This document shows positions 19,255-27,837 of a stretch of 64,000 bases of DNA, in pieces. The translations under genes were made by a program, and so were the position numbers. Numbering within the stretch: position 1 is the stretch's first letter; every line of letters begins with the position of its first letter. The DNA is from Minisyncoccota bacterium (GTDB lineage: Bacteria; Patescibacteriota; Minisyncoccia; Phycocordibacterales; UBA1006): positions 89,921-153,920 of the forward strand of contig JAQVEZ010000002.1 of assembly GCA_028697455.1 (NCBI GenBank), given 5' to 3'. Under the pieces are notes generated by a model, which had not been told where the DNA came from, made no database searches, and worked only from the letters and a program-made list of their open reading frames with translations.

Positions 19255-20055
19255 ATGAAAAAAGTTTTCTTTTTCTTTGTTGTGCTTTTTTCAAGCTTTG
19301 CGCTTGAGGCACAACGAAATGACGGGGTTGCCCGTCCGACCCGAGGTGCTTTTTGGGATCAGGGCTGCGACGGCTCCATATCCAAGTACGTCGAAAATAA
19401 TCTTGGACCAGGGACTTACTCTGTAGAGTGTGGCGGAATTTCTTATTCCATTGTTGTTGAGCAGATGTGGGATAAAGATACTAAAATTCTTTTCCGTGAT
19501 GGAAATTTTTCCGAAAGAAATCGTAACTGGGTTACGATTTACGGAAAAAAAATCTGGAGATATTCAAGCTCAAATGACTGGACCCTTGCAGATTGTGGAA
19601 ATCGTATCTACGATATCTCTCGTGGACCAAAAGATCTCCAAGGAGGAGGGCTTGTTGTTACTGGCGATAACGGATGTAATTGTCCCGAGCCAAAAGTAAA
19701 GGACTATCAGTTCGAAACGACACCCTTGCGGGGGACAAATACTCCTATGTATTATTTTCCTCCACAACCCCAACAGCCAATGTACGCTTTTGACCAAAAT
19801 GCGTTCTTACCAAAGCAAAAAACTTGGATGGGGAGAAATTGGGGATGGTTTGTTCCACTTCTTGCTGTTGGCGTTGGTACGGGAACGTATTTCCTGATAG
19901 ACGCACTCAACAGCAACCACAGCTCAAGCAACCCACCACCTGATGATGGAGATGGTGATGAGACCTGGGGTCCGAACGACTCTGGGAGTGAACGAGGAAA
20001 AGTGTATACCGTTCCAACCCCTTCAAGAGGGTTTGTTATTCCTATTTTCCAGTAA
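19255..20055 (+). CDS. Secreted/membrane hypothetical protein, architecture similar to 18181
   Basis: Signal MKKVFFFFVVLFSSFALEA-Q; CNCPEP; TWMGRNWGW plus TM; DETWGPNDSG; the listed TTG start at 19201 coincides with a -35 box. Confidence 0.7.
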   Translation: MKKVFFFFVVLFSSFALEAQRNDGVARPTRGAFWDQGCDGSISKYVENNLGPGTYSVECGGISYSIVVEQMWDKDTKILFRDGNFSERNRNWVTIYGKKIWRYSSSNDWTLADCGNRIYDISRGPKDLQGGGLVVTGDNGCNCPEPKVKDYQFETTPLRGTNTPMYYFPPQPQQPMYAFDQNAFLPKQKTWMGRNWGWFVPLLAVGVGTGTYFLIDALNSNHSSSNPPPDDGDGDETWGPNDSGSERGKVYTVPTPSRGFVIPIFQ

Positions 20056-20164
20056 AAGAGGGAAAACTGTGGATAACTTTTAAAAAGTAAAAGGTGTAGT
20101 TGACAACTACATCTTTTTTTGCTATGATACACTTGTTATTCATTATAATTTATCACGACATAAC

Positions 20165-22804
20165 ATGAATCAATTTATCAAAAAATTTGTACAAATTGCA
20201 GTACTTACCGGATCCCTCGTTATTGCAGGGAATGCTTTGGCTGCAAATTTTGACCCCCAACCAATGGGGAATCATGGTTTTACAACCATTAACACCAATT
20301 GTTCACAAGATTGTGCAAATCAAAAAAACAGTATTTCATACAACGAGCTTCCAGCAAGCAAGGAATTTACTGTGTATTTGAATTTTCACAATAATACCCC
20401 TGGGCATATTACTAATGCTGCAGGAAAGGTGAGCTATGCTTCATCTGGAAGTTCAGGGTCTGCGACTTTCACCGGACAGCTTTCTGGGTCAGGAGCATCA
20501 ACTATTACTGACACAGCGACTATTACAAACCTTCCATCAAGTTGGCAAATTCAATTTGTTTCTGGTTTTGTAAGAGTAGAAGAACACTACAGTAACCAAG
20601 GAACTCCCTGTACTGGGACTTTTCCTGGAACATGGCCATGGCAACATAGTTTTTCAAACCCTTCTAATGCACCAATAGGAACACTTCATTACTTTAATGC
20701 TAATGAAGGAGGATGGTGTGATCAAGGATATGTTTTTGCAAAATTTAAAATCGTTGATACCACCGTTAATGATCCAACACCAGTAAACGGTCAGTGTCGT
20801 GTTTATAATGGAACCTACTCCTCACAACCTGCAACGAACACCGCAACTGGATGTCTTGCAGGAACCTATCAAGATACACAGGACACTCAAACACAATGGA
20901 GATGGCAATGTAACGGATTGCATGGTGGAGCAACAACCAGTTGTTCTGCCGCAAAGCAAACCATTAACCAACCAGAGTATAGTTATGCCTGGGGATGGAG
21001 TGCCTGGGGATCCTGTATTAACAACATTCGAACAAGAACAGCTCAGTGTTTACGAACAGAAGTAGGAACTCAAGGACCGTCAAACCCTGTTGTGGTAAAT
21101 GATAGTTACTGTATCCAAAATGTTGGGCCAAAACCAGCACCACAAACTCAATCTTGTTCAGGAACACCTTCTGAAGATACTCTTTCTATTGAAACCTTAG
21201 GAGCAACGAATATTACCCAATCAAGCGCAAAGCTTAATGGACGAGTTCTTGCGGGAAGTACTAACTATGTTTACTTTGTATTAGGAACTAACAGTAACAA
21301 TCTTACCTGTTCTTCTAATAACAAATATTTCCCTTATGATTTCAACATTAACCGAAATGCTGGGGATATGTTTAGCTATACTTTCCCTAACGGAAGTTTG
21401 AGCAGCAACTCAACCTATTACTACCGAGCATGTGCCCAAGGAGTTACCGGAATTACTCCAGGACAAATTGTTTCTTTCAAAACAAAAAAAGCTTCATCAA
21501 ATGAAAATCACGTTGAGATCGTTACCGAAGCGCCACAATCAGTAACCAAGACAACAGCTGATCTCTGTGCGAACCTTGTTGAGGATGGAGGGAGTCAAGT
21601 TCAAACATGGATTGAATATCGAAAGAGTTCAGCAAACTCATGGTCAGAGACACCTACTCATCAACGATATGCAGGATACTTCTGTCAGTCAGTTACAGGG
21701 CTTTCTTCAAACACTTCATACGTGTATCGAGCATGTACTCCAGAGGGATGTGCTTCAACCAGAACCTTTAAGACTCTTTCTTCTGGGTCTGGAAGCTATG
21801 ATCCAGGAGAAGCTCCCATTATTATTACTGACGACCCAACAAACGTTCGAAGTAACGGAGCAATCCTTAACGGTACTTATGTAACTAACGCACCAAGTGG
21901 AACCTGTTGGTTCGAATACGGACGAACAGCCAACCTTGGAAGCCAAACACGAAGCTATTCTGTGGGAAGCGGATATGGAACCTGTGTTCATAACTTTACT
22001 AATCTTGCAGCAAATCAGCTTTACTGTGTACGAGCCGTTATTCAGACCGTAAATGGAACTTCACGAGGAGGAATAAAATGTTTCACTACACCAGGAACTA
22101 CTTATACTGGAGGAGGAACAGTCTATGTACCTCCACGAGTTGTTGTTGTTGAAGAAAACCCACAAGTAGACCTCTCTGCTCTTGGACTAGGACTTTCTTT
22201 GGTGAGACTCAATATCGATGATCACAATGATGTTGTTTTTCCAGGACAACAAGTTATGTATGAGGTAACATGGGAAAATATTTCTCATATTGATCTTGAT
22301 AACTTGCAACTCAAGGTTACTATTCCTTCAAAAATCACTATCACCAGTGCTTCACGAGGACGAATTAACCCAGAGGACAACAGTATTCTCTATATGATTA
22401 GTGACCTTCGTTCAGGAGAGCGAGGAGAGCTTACCATTGGAGGACTTGTTGGGAAACCAACCATAGGAACCGCACTTACTGCACAAGCAGAACTTGCGTA
22501 TAAAAACCCTATTAACTTTGCACAAGAAAATGCTCTTGATTTTGACATCAACGATGTTGGAACAAGAATTGCAGGAGTAACGGCTTCTATCTTTGGATTA
22601 GGAAATATTACCTTCCTTGGATGGCTTGTAATTCTCCTTGGACTCTTTATTATCTTCTTGATTGCTCGGTATCTTTACCTTGAACGAGAAGAATTGAGAG
22701 CTCAGGCATATATGAGTGGATATTCACCATATAACAATCCACCAAACTTTAACCCACGACCTCAAGACGATTATTACAATCCGTATCGACCAAATCGTGG
22801 ATAA
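20165..22804 (+). CDS. Large Cys-rich surface adhesin-like protein (TSP1-like motif, 3 FN3-like repeats, DUF11-like domain, C-terminal TM)
   Basis: Signal ending ALA; PVNGQC..WRWQCNG..GG; WGWSAWGSC..RTRT.QC; T..(A/P)..(I/V)....A.L..., YYYRAC/YVYRAC repeats; TM FLGWLVILLGLFIIFLIA. Confidence 0.75.
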   Translation: MNQFIKKFVQIAVLTGSLVIAGNALAANFDPQPMGNHGFTTINTNCSQDCANQKNSISYNELPASKEFTVYLNFHNNTPGHITNAAGKVSYASSGSSGSATFTGQLSGSGASTITDTATITNLPSSWQIQFVSGFVRVEEHYSNQGTPCTGTFPGTWPWQHSFSNPSNAPIGTLHYFNANEGGWCDQGYVFAKFKIVDTTVNDPTPVNGQCRVYNGTYSSQPATNTATGCLAGTYQDTQDTQTQWRWQCNGLHGGATTSCSAAKQTINQPEYSYAWGWSAWGSCINNIRTRTAQCLRTEVGTQGPSNPVVVNDSYCIQNVGPKPAPQTQSCSGTPSEDTLSIETLGATNITQSSAKLNGRVLAGSTNYVYFVLGTNSNNLTCSSNNKYFPYDFNINRNAGDMFSYTFPNGSLSSNSTYYYRACAQGVTGITPGQIVSFKTKKASSNENHVEIVTEAPQSVTKTTADLCANLVEDGGSQVQTWIEYRKSSANSWSETPTHQRYAGYFCQSVTGLSSNTSYVYRACTPEGCASTRTFKTLSSGSGSYDPGEAPIIITDDPTNVRSNGAILNGTYVTNAPSGTCWFEYGRTANLGSQTRSYSVGSGYGTCVHNFTNLAANQLYCVRAVIQTVNGTSRGGIKCFTTPGTTYTGGGTVYVPPRVVVVEENPQVDLSALGLGLSLVRLNIDDHNDVVFPGQQVMYEVTWENISHIDLDNLQLKVTIPSKITITSASRGRINPEDNSILYMISDLRSGERGELTIGGLVGKPTIGTALTAQAELAYKNPINFAQENALDFDINDVGTRIAGVTASIFGLGNITFLGWLVILLGLFIIFLIARYLYLEREELRAQAYMSGYSPYNNPPNFNPRPQDDYYNPYRPNRG

Positions 22805-22808
22805 TACC

Positions 22809-22832
22809 AAAAAACACCTTCGGGTGTTTTTT
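22809..22832 (+). terminator. Intrinsic terminator
   Basis: AAAAAACACC-ttcg-GGTGTTTTTT. Confidence 0.85.
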
Positions 22833-22870
22833 GATATGGAACAAAGAGTACAAAAGTTTTTGACAAAAAA

Positions 22871-22902
22871 TTGACTCGGGGGGGGGGGCAGGGTGATATA
22901 CT
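22871..22902 (+). promoter_or_regulatory. Sigma70 promoter with G11 homopolymer in the -35/-10 spacer
   Basis: TTGACT 22871-22876, G11 22878-22888, TG-a-TATACT 22894-22902; spacer 20 nt. Confidence 0.7.
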
Positions 22903-22910
22903 AGATGAGT

Positions 22911-24209
22911 ATGAATAAACATATTTTTACGTCACTACTATCGTTATTTGTGATAGTAGGTTTTACAAGTTTTATTAACCCACACACGGTTTCTGCTCAA
23001 CCTATCGAATGGGAGGAGTTTGATTTGAGTCCTGATAATTATAATTCTATTGCTTACGGAAATGGAGTGTATGTTGTGGTCGGGGATGAAGCCTCAATGT
23101 ACTCCTCTGACGGAAAGAATTGGTACCCAGCAATGACCTCGTTGGCGGGAGTCCTGTACTCCGTTGTTTATGGAGATGGAAAATTTGTCGCAGTAGGAAG
23201 CAGCAACAACACAAGTACAAGCAATCCTGTAGCTTATACCTCTACAGATGGAGTAATATGGAGTCCTTCTTTTGAGGCCTTGCCCCCTAAAGTAAATACT
23301 GGAGCTGGGCTTAAAAAAGTTTCCTATGTCTATGACAATATCAACGAAAAAAACCTTTTTGTCGCAGTAGGATCTGACTTATCTAATCTTTTAGGAGGAA
23401 GTCAGATTCCTTACATTATTTATTCTTCTAATGGAAACGAGTGGTTTAAGGCTACCTTACCAATGGGGGTTAATGGTACCGCTTCAGATTTAACAGGAGG
23501 TTATAATGAAGATGGAGAGGTCGTTTTCCTATCTTCAGTAGCAACAAACCCCCTTCTCTCTTCATCAAATATTATTATGTCTACTAATGGTGGAGCAAAT
23601 TGGTTCTATCCAGACGACGCTCTTACAGGACTTGACGGTTTTAGCGGGGCAGCTATGAGCTACCTTAATGGAGAATTTTTTCTTGGAGGAACTATTTCTG
23701 ATATGGGAAGTAAGCTTATTTATGTAATGTCTTCATCGGATGGATTCAATTGGGAGCAGCATGAAGTTGGGTCAACTGTCTCATTTTTTCCTAGATTCAA
23801 TTTTGCATATGGAAATGATAATTATATATCGATAGGGGCAGAAGAATCAATATATTCTTTGGGTGGAGAAAATTGGGAATTTTTTACTCCAAGTTTTGAC
23901 AAGAGCACTGATTTTGGAGTCTATCCAATACAATTAATTTATGCAGATGATTCCTTTGTTCTTTTGGGACAAAATGAATTAGGAGAATCTATTGTTGCTT
24001 TTCCTAAACGCCTGAACGATTCATCAGAAGGGCTTTCTTCAAAATCTTCAAGCATTTTTGGAACACGATTTTGTTCAGCAGGAGTTACGACTTTCTGTAG
24101 ACCACAAAACGGATTTGTGAACAACAACCCATTGATTAGTATTTATACTGAACTTCTGGGACTGTACCAACAACTCCTTTCTGCGATGCAGAGTGAAAAT
24201 AGCTTATAA
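22911..24209 (+). CDS. Secreted beta-propeller-like repeat protein with shared C-terminal tail (family member C)
   Basis: Signal peptide nearly identical to 12043; IAYGNG/VYGDGKFVAVG/S.DG..W repeats like 10514; same tail; start 22911 preferred over 22905 from -10 spacing. Confidence 0.85.
   Translation: MNKHIFTSLLSLFVIVGFTSFINPHTVSAQPIEWEEFDLSPDNYNSIAYGNGVYVVVGDEASMYSSDGKNWYPAMTSLAGVLYSVVYGDGKFVAVGSSNNTSTSNPVAYTSTDGVIWSPSFEALPPKVNTGAGLKKVSYVYDNINEKNLFVAVGSDLSNLLGGSQIPYIIYSSNGNEWFKATLPMGVNGTASDLTGGYNEDGEVVFLSSVATNPLLSSSNIIMSTNGGANWFYPDDALTGLDGFSGAAMSYLNGEFFLGGTISDMGSKLIYVMSSSDGFNWEQHEVGSTVSFFPRFNFAYGNDNYISIGAEESIYSLGGENWEFFTPSFDKSTDFGVYPIQLIYADDSFVLLGQNELGESIVAFPKRLNDSSEGLSSKSSSIFGTRFCSAGVTTFCRPQNGFVNNNPLISIYTELLGLYQQLLSAMQSENSL
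24051..24209 (+). repeat. Conserved C-terminal tail module, copy 3
   Basis: SIFGTRFCSAGVTTFCRPQNGFVNNNPLISIYTELLGLYQQLLSAMQSENSL. Confidence 0.95.
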
Positions 24210-24222
24210 GAGCTGTTTTTTT
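24196..24222 (+). terminator. Terminator overlapping the stop codon
   Basis: AAAATAGCT-tataag-AGCTGTTTT followed by a T tract. Confidence 0.7.
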
Positions 24223-24252
24223 ATTTTCGGATTTTGTTAGTATAAGAACTGT

Positions 24253-24702
24253 ATGGAAACCTTCCTTATCAAAAATAAAAAGGAACTCGATTCTTTTGCT
24301 GATAATTTTTTGACAAAATTTGAACCTTCTTTAGAGGGAGCAAGCTTAGTACTTCTTGAAGGAGATCTTGGCTCTGGAAAAACAACCTTTGTTCAATCGT
24401 GTGCAAGGTATTTTGGTATTGAAGAAGCTCTGACAAGCCCGACTTTTGTTATCCAAAAATCCTATCCAATAAAAGCTCATCAGAATTTTCACAAGCTGGT
24501 TCACATTGATGCCTATCGTTTGGATGGACACAAAGACCTTGAATATCTTGGCTGGGAAGAATTGATTCAAGAAAAGGGGATAATTATTTTTTTGGAATGG
24601 CCTCTGATTGTTTCTGGGATTCATTTTCCTCACGATACGGTATCATTATCCTTCTCAATTCTCGAAAACGAAGAGAGAAAAATCATTTTTTCAAAGAAAT
24701 AA
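24253..24702 (+). CDS. tsaE: tRNA t6A biosynthesis ATPase TsaE
   Basis: LEGDLGSGKTTF, TSPTFVI, HIDAYRL, EWP. Confidence 0.95.
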   Translation: METFLIKNKKELDSFADNFLTKFEPSLEGASLVLLEGDLGSGKTTFVQSCARYFGIEEALTSPTFVIQKSYPIKAHQNFHKLVHIDAYRLDGHKDLEYLGWEELIQEKGIIIFLEWPLIVSGIHFPHDTVSLSFSILENEERKIIFSKK

Positions 24703-24735
24703 AAGACTCGTTGTGTGATATAATCAAAGAAGAAT

Positions 24736-27090
24736 ATGTCTTCTCGTAAGGAAAAAATCGTTCTTCTTGACGCTCACGCTATTATCCACAGGGCTTATCA
24801 CGCACTCCCTGGTTTTTCAACGAGGACCGGTATGCCAACAGGGGCTATTTTTGGCTTTGGGTCAATGATTCTGAGAATTATTGGCGATCTCAAGCCAGAC
24901 TATGTTATTGCGTGTTATGACCTTCCAGGGAAGACCTTTCGTCACGAAGCTTTTGATGAGTATAAGGGAACGAGAGGAGAAACTGATGATTCTCTCAAAT
25001 TACAATTTGATGCGACACGAGAGATGTGCGAAGCTCTTGATATTCCTATATACGACGCAGAAGGCTTTGAAGCAGATGATATCTTGGGGACCATCAGCGC
25101 AAAACTCAAGAGTTCTAATATCGACGTTGTCATTGCTTCTGGAGATATGGATACCTTACAACTGGTTGATGGTGAGAAGGTTCAGGTTTTTACTCTCAAG
25201 AAAGGACTCAACGATACGGTTGTCTATGACGAAAAGGCTGTTCGTGAGCGTTTTGGTTTTGCCCCAATTTCTATTGTTGATTTTAAAGCTCTTCGAGGAG
25301 ATGCTTCTGATAACATTCCAGGGATTAAGGGGATAGGAGAAAAGGCAGCAACAATCGCTATTACTCATTTTGCTACTATTGAAAACCTCTATGCAGCTCT
25401 TGAAAAAAACGAACAAGACCTTCTTGATGCAGGGCTTACCCAGAGAATGGTAACCCTTATTCGAGAAGGAAAAGAAGACGCTGAGTTTTCAAAAATTCTC
25501 GCGACGATTAGGAAAGATGCTCCCATACATTTTAAACTTCCAAAACAAAAATGGGGAGAAGCACTTTCTATGGAAAAAACTCTTGAGATTTTTGAACGCT
25601 ATGAGCTTCATAGTCTTGGAAAACGTCTTAAGACGTTGCTCCACATTGAAGATGAGAAAGAACAAATCAAAGAAAATTTTTCTGAAGAAGATTTAAAAAA
25701 ACTCGCACTCAAATTGTGGGTTCTTGATTCTGATGAGACGGATGCGTCTTTTATAGAAATCAAAGAGTACACCAAAGAAAAAACTTTTTCTCGAGCTCAA
25801 AAGAAAATAGACACAGAGCTTGCACAAGACGCAAGAGTCAAGGAAGTTTATGATTATATTGAAGAACCCCTTTTTCCCATTGTTCAACAAATGCAAAAAA
25901 CAGGCGTTGCTATTGATGAGAAGTTTTTTAAACAACTTAAATCAGAATATGCTGAGTGTTTAACAAAGCTTGAAGAGAAAATTTTTCAATTTTCTTCTGA
26001 GCCTTTTAATATTAAATCTCCAAAACAGCTTTCAAAAGTCCTTTTTGAAGATCTTGCGTTACCAACAAAGGGAATCAAAAAATTACAATCAGGATCATAT
26101 AGTACCAATGTTGACACCCTTGAAAAACTCGCAGAAGCCCATCCTATTATTCCTCTTTTGGTTGAGTTTCGTGAATTTGAGAAACTCCTTTCAACATATA
26201 TTGAAGTTATTCCCACTATGGTTGCCGAAGACAAACGTCTTCATGCTGAATTTCTTCAAAATGGAACATCTACTGGTCGTTTTTCTTCTCGAAATCCAAA
26301 TCTCCAAAACATTCCTACACGAACCGAGAATGGTCAAAAAATACGACAAGGGTTCGTTGCAGAAAAAGGCTATTCATTTATTTCTTTTGACTATTCTCAG
26401 ATCGAGTTAAGGTGTTTGGCACTCCTTTCAGGAGATAAAGCGCTCACAAAGATTTTCAAAGAACACGATGACATTCACTCGGGAGTCGCTGCGCTCATTG
26501 GTGGTGTTCCTATCAACGAAGTAACCAAAGAAATGCGAAGGAAGGCAAAGATTATAAACTTTGGAATTCTTTATGGAATGGGAATAAACTCCCTCAAGAA
26601 AGAGATGGATGTTTCAAGAGAGGAGGCCGAAAGTTTTTATTACGGGTTTTTTGACCAGTTTCCTGATGCGACAAAATATCTCGAAGATGCCAAGGAGCTT
26701 GCACGGAAACGGGGTTACACGGAAACCTTCTTTGGAAGAAGACGACAGTTTAAAAACATCAATTCAAAGCTCCCCTTTATTCGTGCAATGGCAGAGAGAA
26801 TGGCTCTCAATGCACCGATACAGGGAACTTCTGCTGATATGATTAAACTTGCTATGATCCATATCCACCAATGGCTTGAGGAGCAGCACTTACTTGAAAA
26901 TATTCGTCTCGTTCTCCAGATTCATGACGAAATTATTTATGAGGTTGAAGATAGTCTTTGTTCTCAGTTTGAACAAAAAGCACAAGAAATTATGGAAAAT
27001 GTTCTTGAAATTTCTTACAAAAAAGTAAAATCAGAAGTACCTTTTGTTGTAAAATCGAGTGTTGGTAAAAATTGGGGAGAGCTGAAGTAG
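24736..27090 (+). CDS. polA: DNA polymerase I (5'-3' exonuclease + polymerase; proofreading domain largely absent)
   Basis: LLDAHAIIHRAYHA, EADD, GDASDNIPGIKGIG, TGRFSS.NPNLQNIP, DYSQIELR, AKIINFGILYG, QIHDE. Confidence 0.96.
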   Translation: MSSRKEKIVLLDAHAIIHRAYHALPGFSTRTGMPTGAIFGFGSMILRIIGDLKPDYVIACYDLPGKTFRHEAFDEYKGTRGETDDSLKLQFDATREMCEALDIPIYDAEGFEADDILGTISAKLKSSNIDVVIASGDMDTLQLVDGEKVQVFTLKKGLNDTVVYDEKAVRERFGFAPISIVDFKALRGDASDNIPGIKGIGEKAATIAITHFATIENLYAALEKNEQDLLDAGLTQRMVTLIREGKEDAEFSKILATIRKDAPIHFKLPKQKWGEALSMEKTLEIFERYELHSLGKRLKTLLHIEDEKEQIKENFSEEDLKKLALKLWVLDSDETDASFIEIKEYTKEKTFSRAQKKIDTELAQDARVKEVYDYIEEPLFPIVQQMQKTGVAIDEKFFKQLKSEYAECLTKLEEKIFQFSSEPFNIKSPKQLSKVLFEDLALPTKGIKKLQSGSYSTNVDTLEKLAEAHPIIPLLVEFREFEKLLSTYIEVIPTMVAEDKRLHAEFLQNGTSTGRFSSRNPNLQNIPTRTENGQKIRQGFVAEKGYSFISFDYSQIELRCLALLSGDKALTKIFKEHDDIHSGVAALIGGVPINEVTKEMRRKAKIINFGILYGMGINSLKKEMDVSREEAESFYYGFFDQFPDATKYLEDAKELARKRGYTETFFGRRRQFKNINSKLPFIRAMAERMALNAPIQGTSADMIKLAMIHIHQWLEEQHLLENIRLVLQIHDEIIYEVEDSLCSQFEQKAQEIMENVLEISYKKVKSEVPFVVKSSVGKNWGELK

Positions 27091-27116
27091 ACAGAAGTTA
27101 TTTTAAATTCATTACC

Positions 27117-27800
27117 ATGTTGTATCTTTTTTTTGGAAATAAAAATAAAATAAAAAAAGAAACCGAGAGTCTTCTTCAGTCACGAACTGTTGATGTGTAT
27201 CATTTGTACGAAGAGGATTTTGTAGAGAAATCTTTTTTTGAGCTGACGTCTTTTCAGAAAGGACTTTTTGATGATACCAAGGTGTATATTATTCACGAAG
27301 CTTCTTCTCATGTTCCTCTCAAAAAAATTCTTCCCGAGTGTGCATCTTCTGAGAATATTTTTATTTTTTCAGAAGAAAAAGCCCCCAAAGCTACTCGAGA
27401 ATTGTTTGAAAAAAACAATGGAGAGATTAAGGATTTTTCAGAAAAAATCTTGCAAAAGAAAAATGAAGCTTTCAATATTTTTTCTCTTACTGATCTTTTG
27501 GGAAGGAGAGACAAAAAGGCTTTGTGGCTTTCTTTCCAAGAAGCAAAAAAAGAAAGTAGTCCAGAAGAAATTCATGGCGTCTTGTGGTGGGGACTTAAAA
27601 ATCTTTTTCTTGTAAAATCCTCTCCTACAAAAAATCCAGGAATGAGCCCCTATGTATATCAAAAGAATCTTAGTTTTGCAAAAAATTTTGAAGAGAAAGA
27701 ACTTCTTTCTCTTGCGGACACGCTCGTTCGTATGTTCCACGAGAGAGATTCGGTAAGTTCTCTTGAAATAGAGCTTGAGAAATTTATCTTAAATATATAA
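27117..27800 (+). CDS. Probable DNA polymerase III delta subunit (HolA-like, divergent)
   Basis: MLYLFFG start, FNIFSLTD...RDKK..W, PYVYQK, C-terminal LEKFIL. Confidence 0.6.
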   Translation: MLYLFFGNKNKIKKETESLLQSRTVDVYHLYEEDFVEKSFFELTSFQKGLFDDTKVYIIHEASSHVPLKKILPECASSENIFIFSEEKAPKATRELFEKNNGEIKDFSEKILQKKNEAFNIFSLTDLLGRRDKKALWLSFQEAKKESSPEEIHGVLWWGLKNLFLVKSSPTKNPGMSPYVYQKNLSFAKNFEEKELLSLADTLVRMFHERDSVSSLEIELEKFILNI

Positions 27801-27837
27801 AAACCAAACAATTCTCATTGTTTGGTTTTTATAGTAT

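Noticed and set aside
17220-20055. Prophage or IS-borne island
   Set aside because: No phage, integrase or transposase genes and no flanking direct repeats seen
11570-24209. Shared tails as template/variable repeats of a diversity-generating retroelement
   Set aside because: Differences are mostly synonymous and not adenine-specific, all copies are coding, and no reverse transcriptase is in the window
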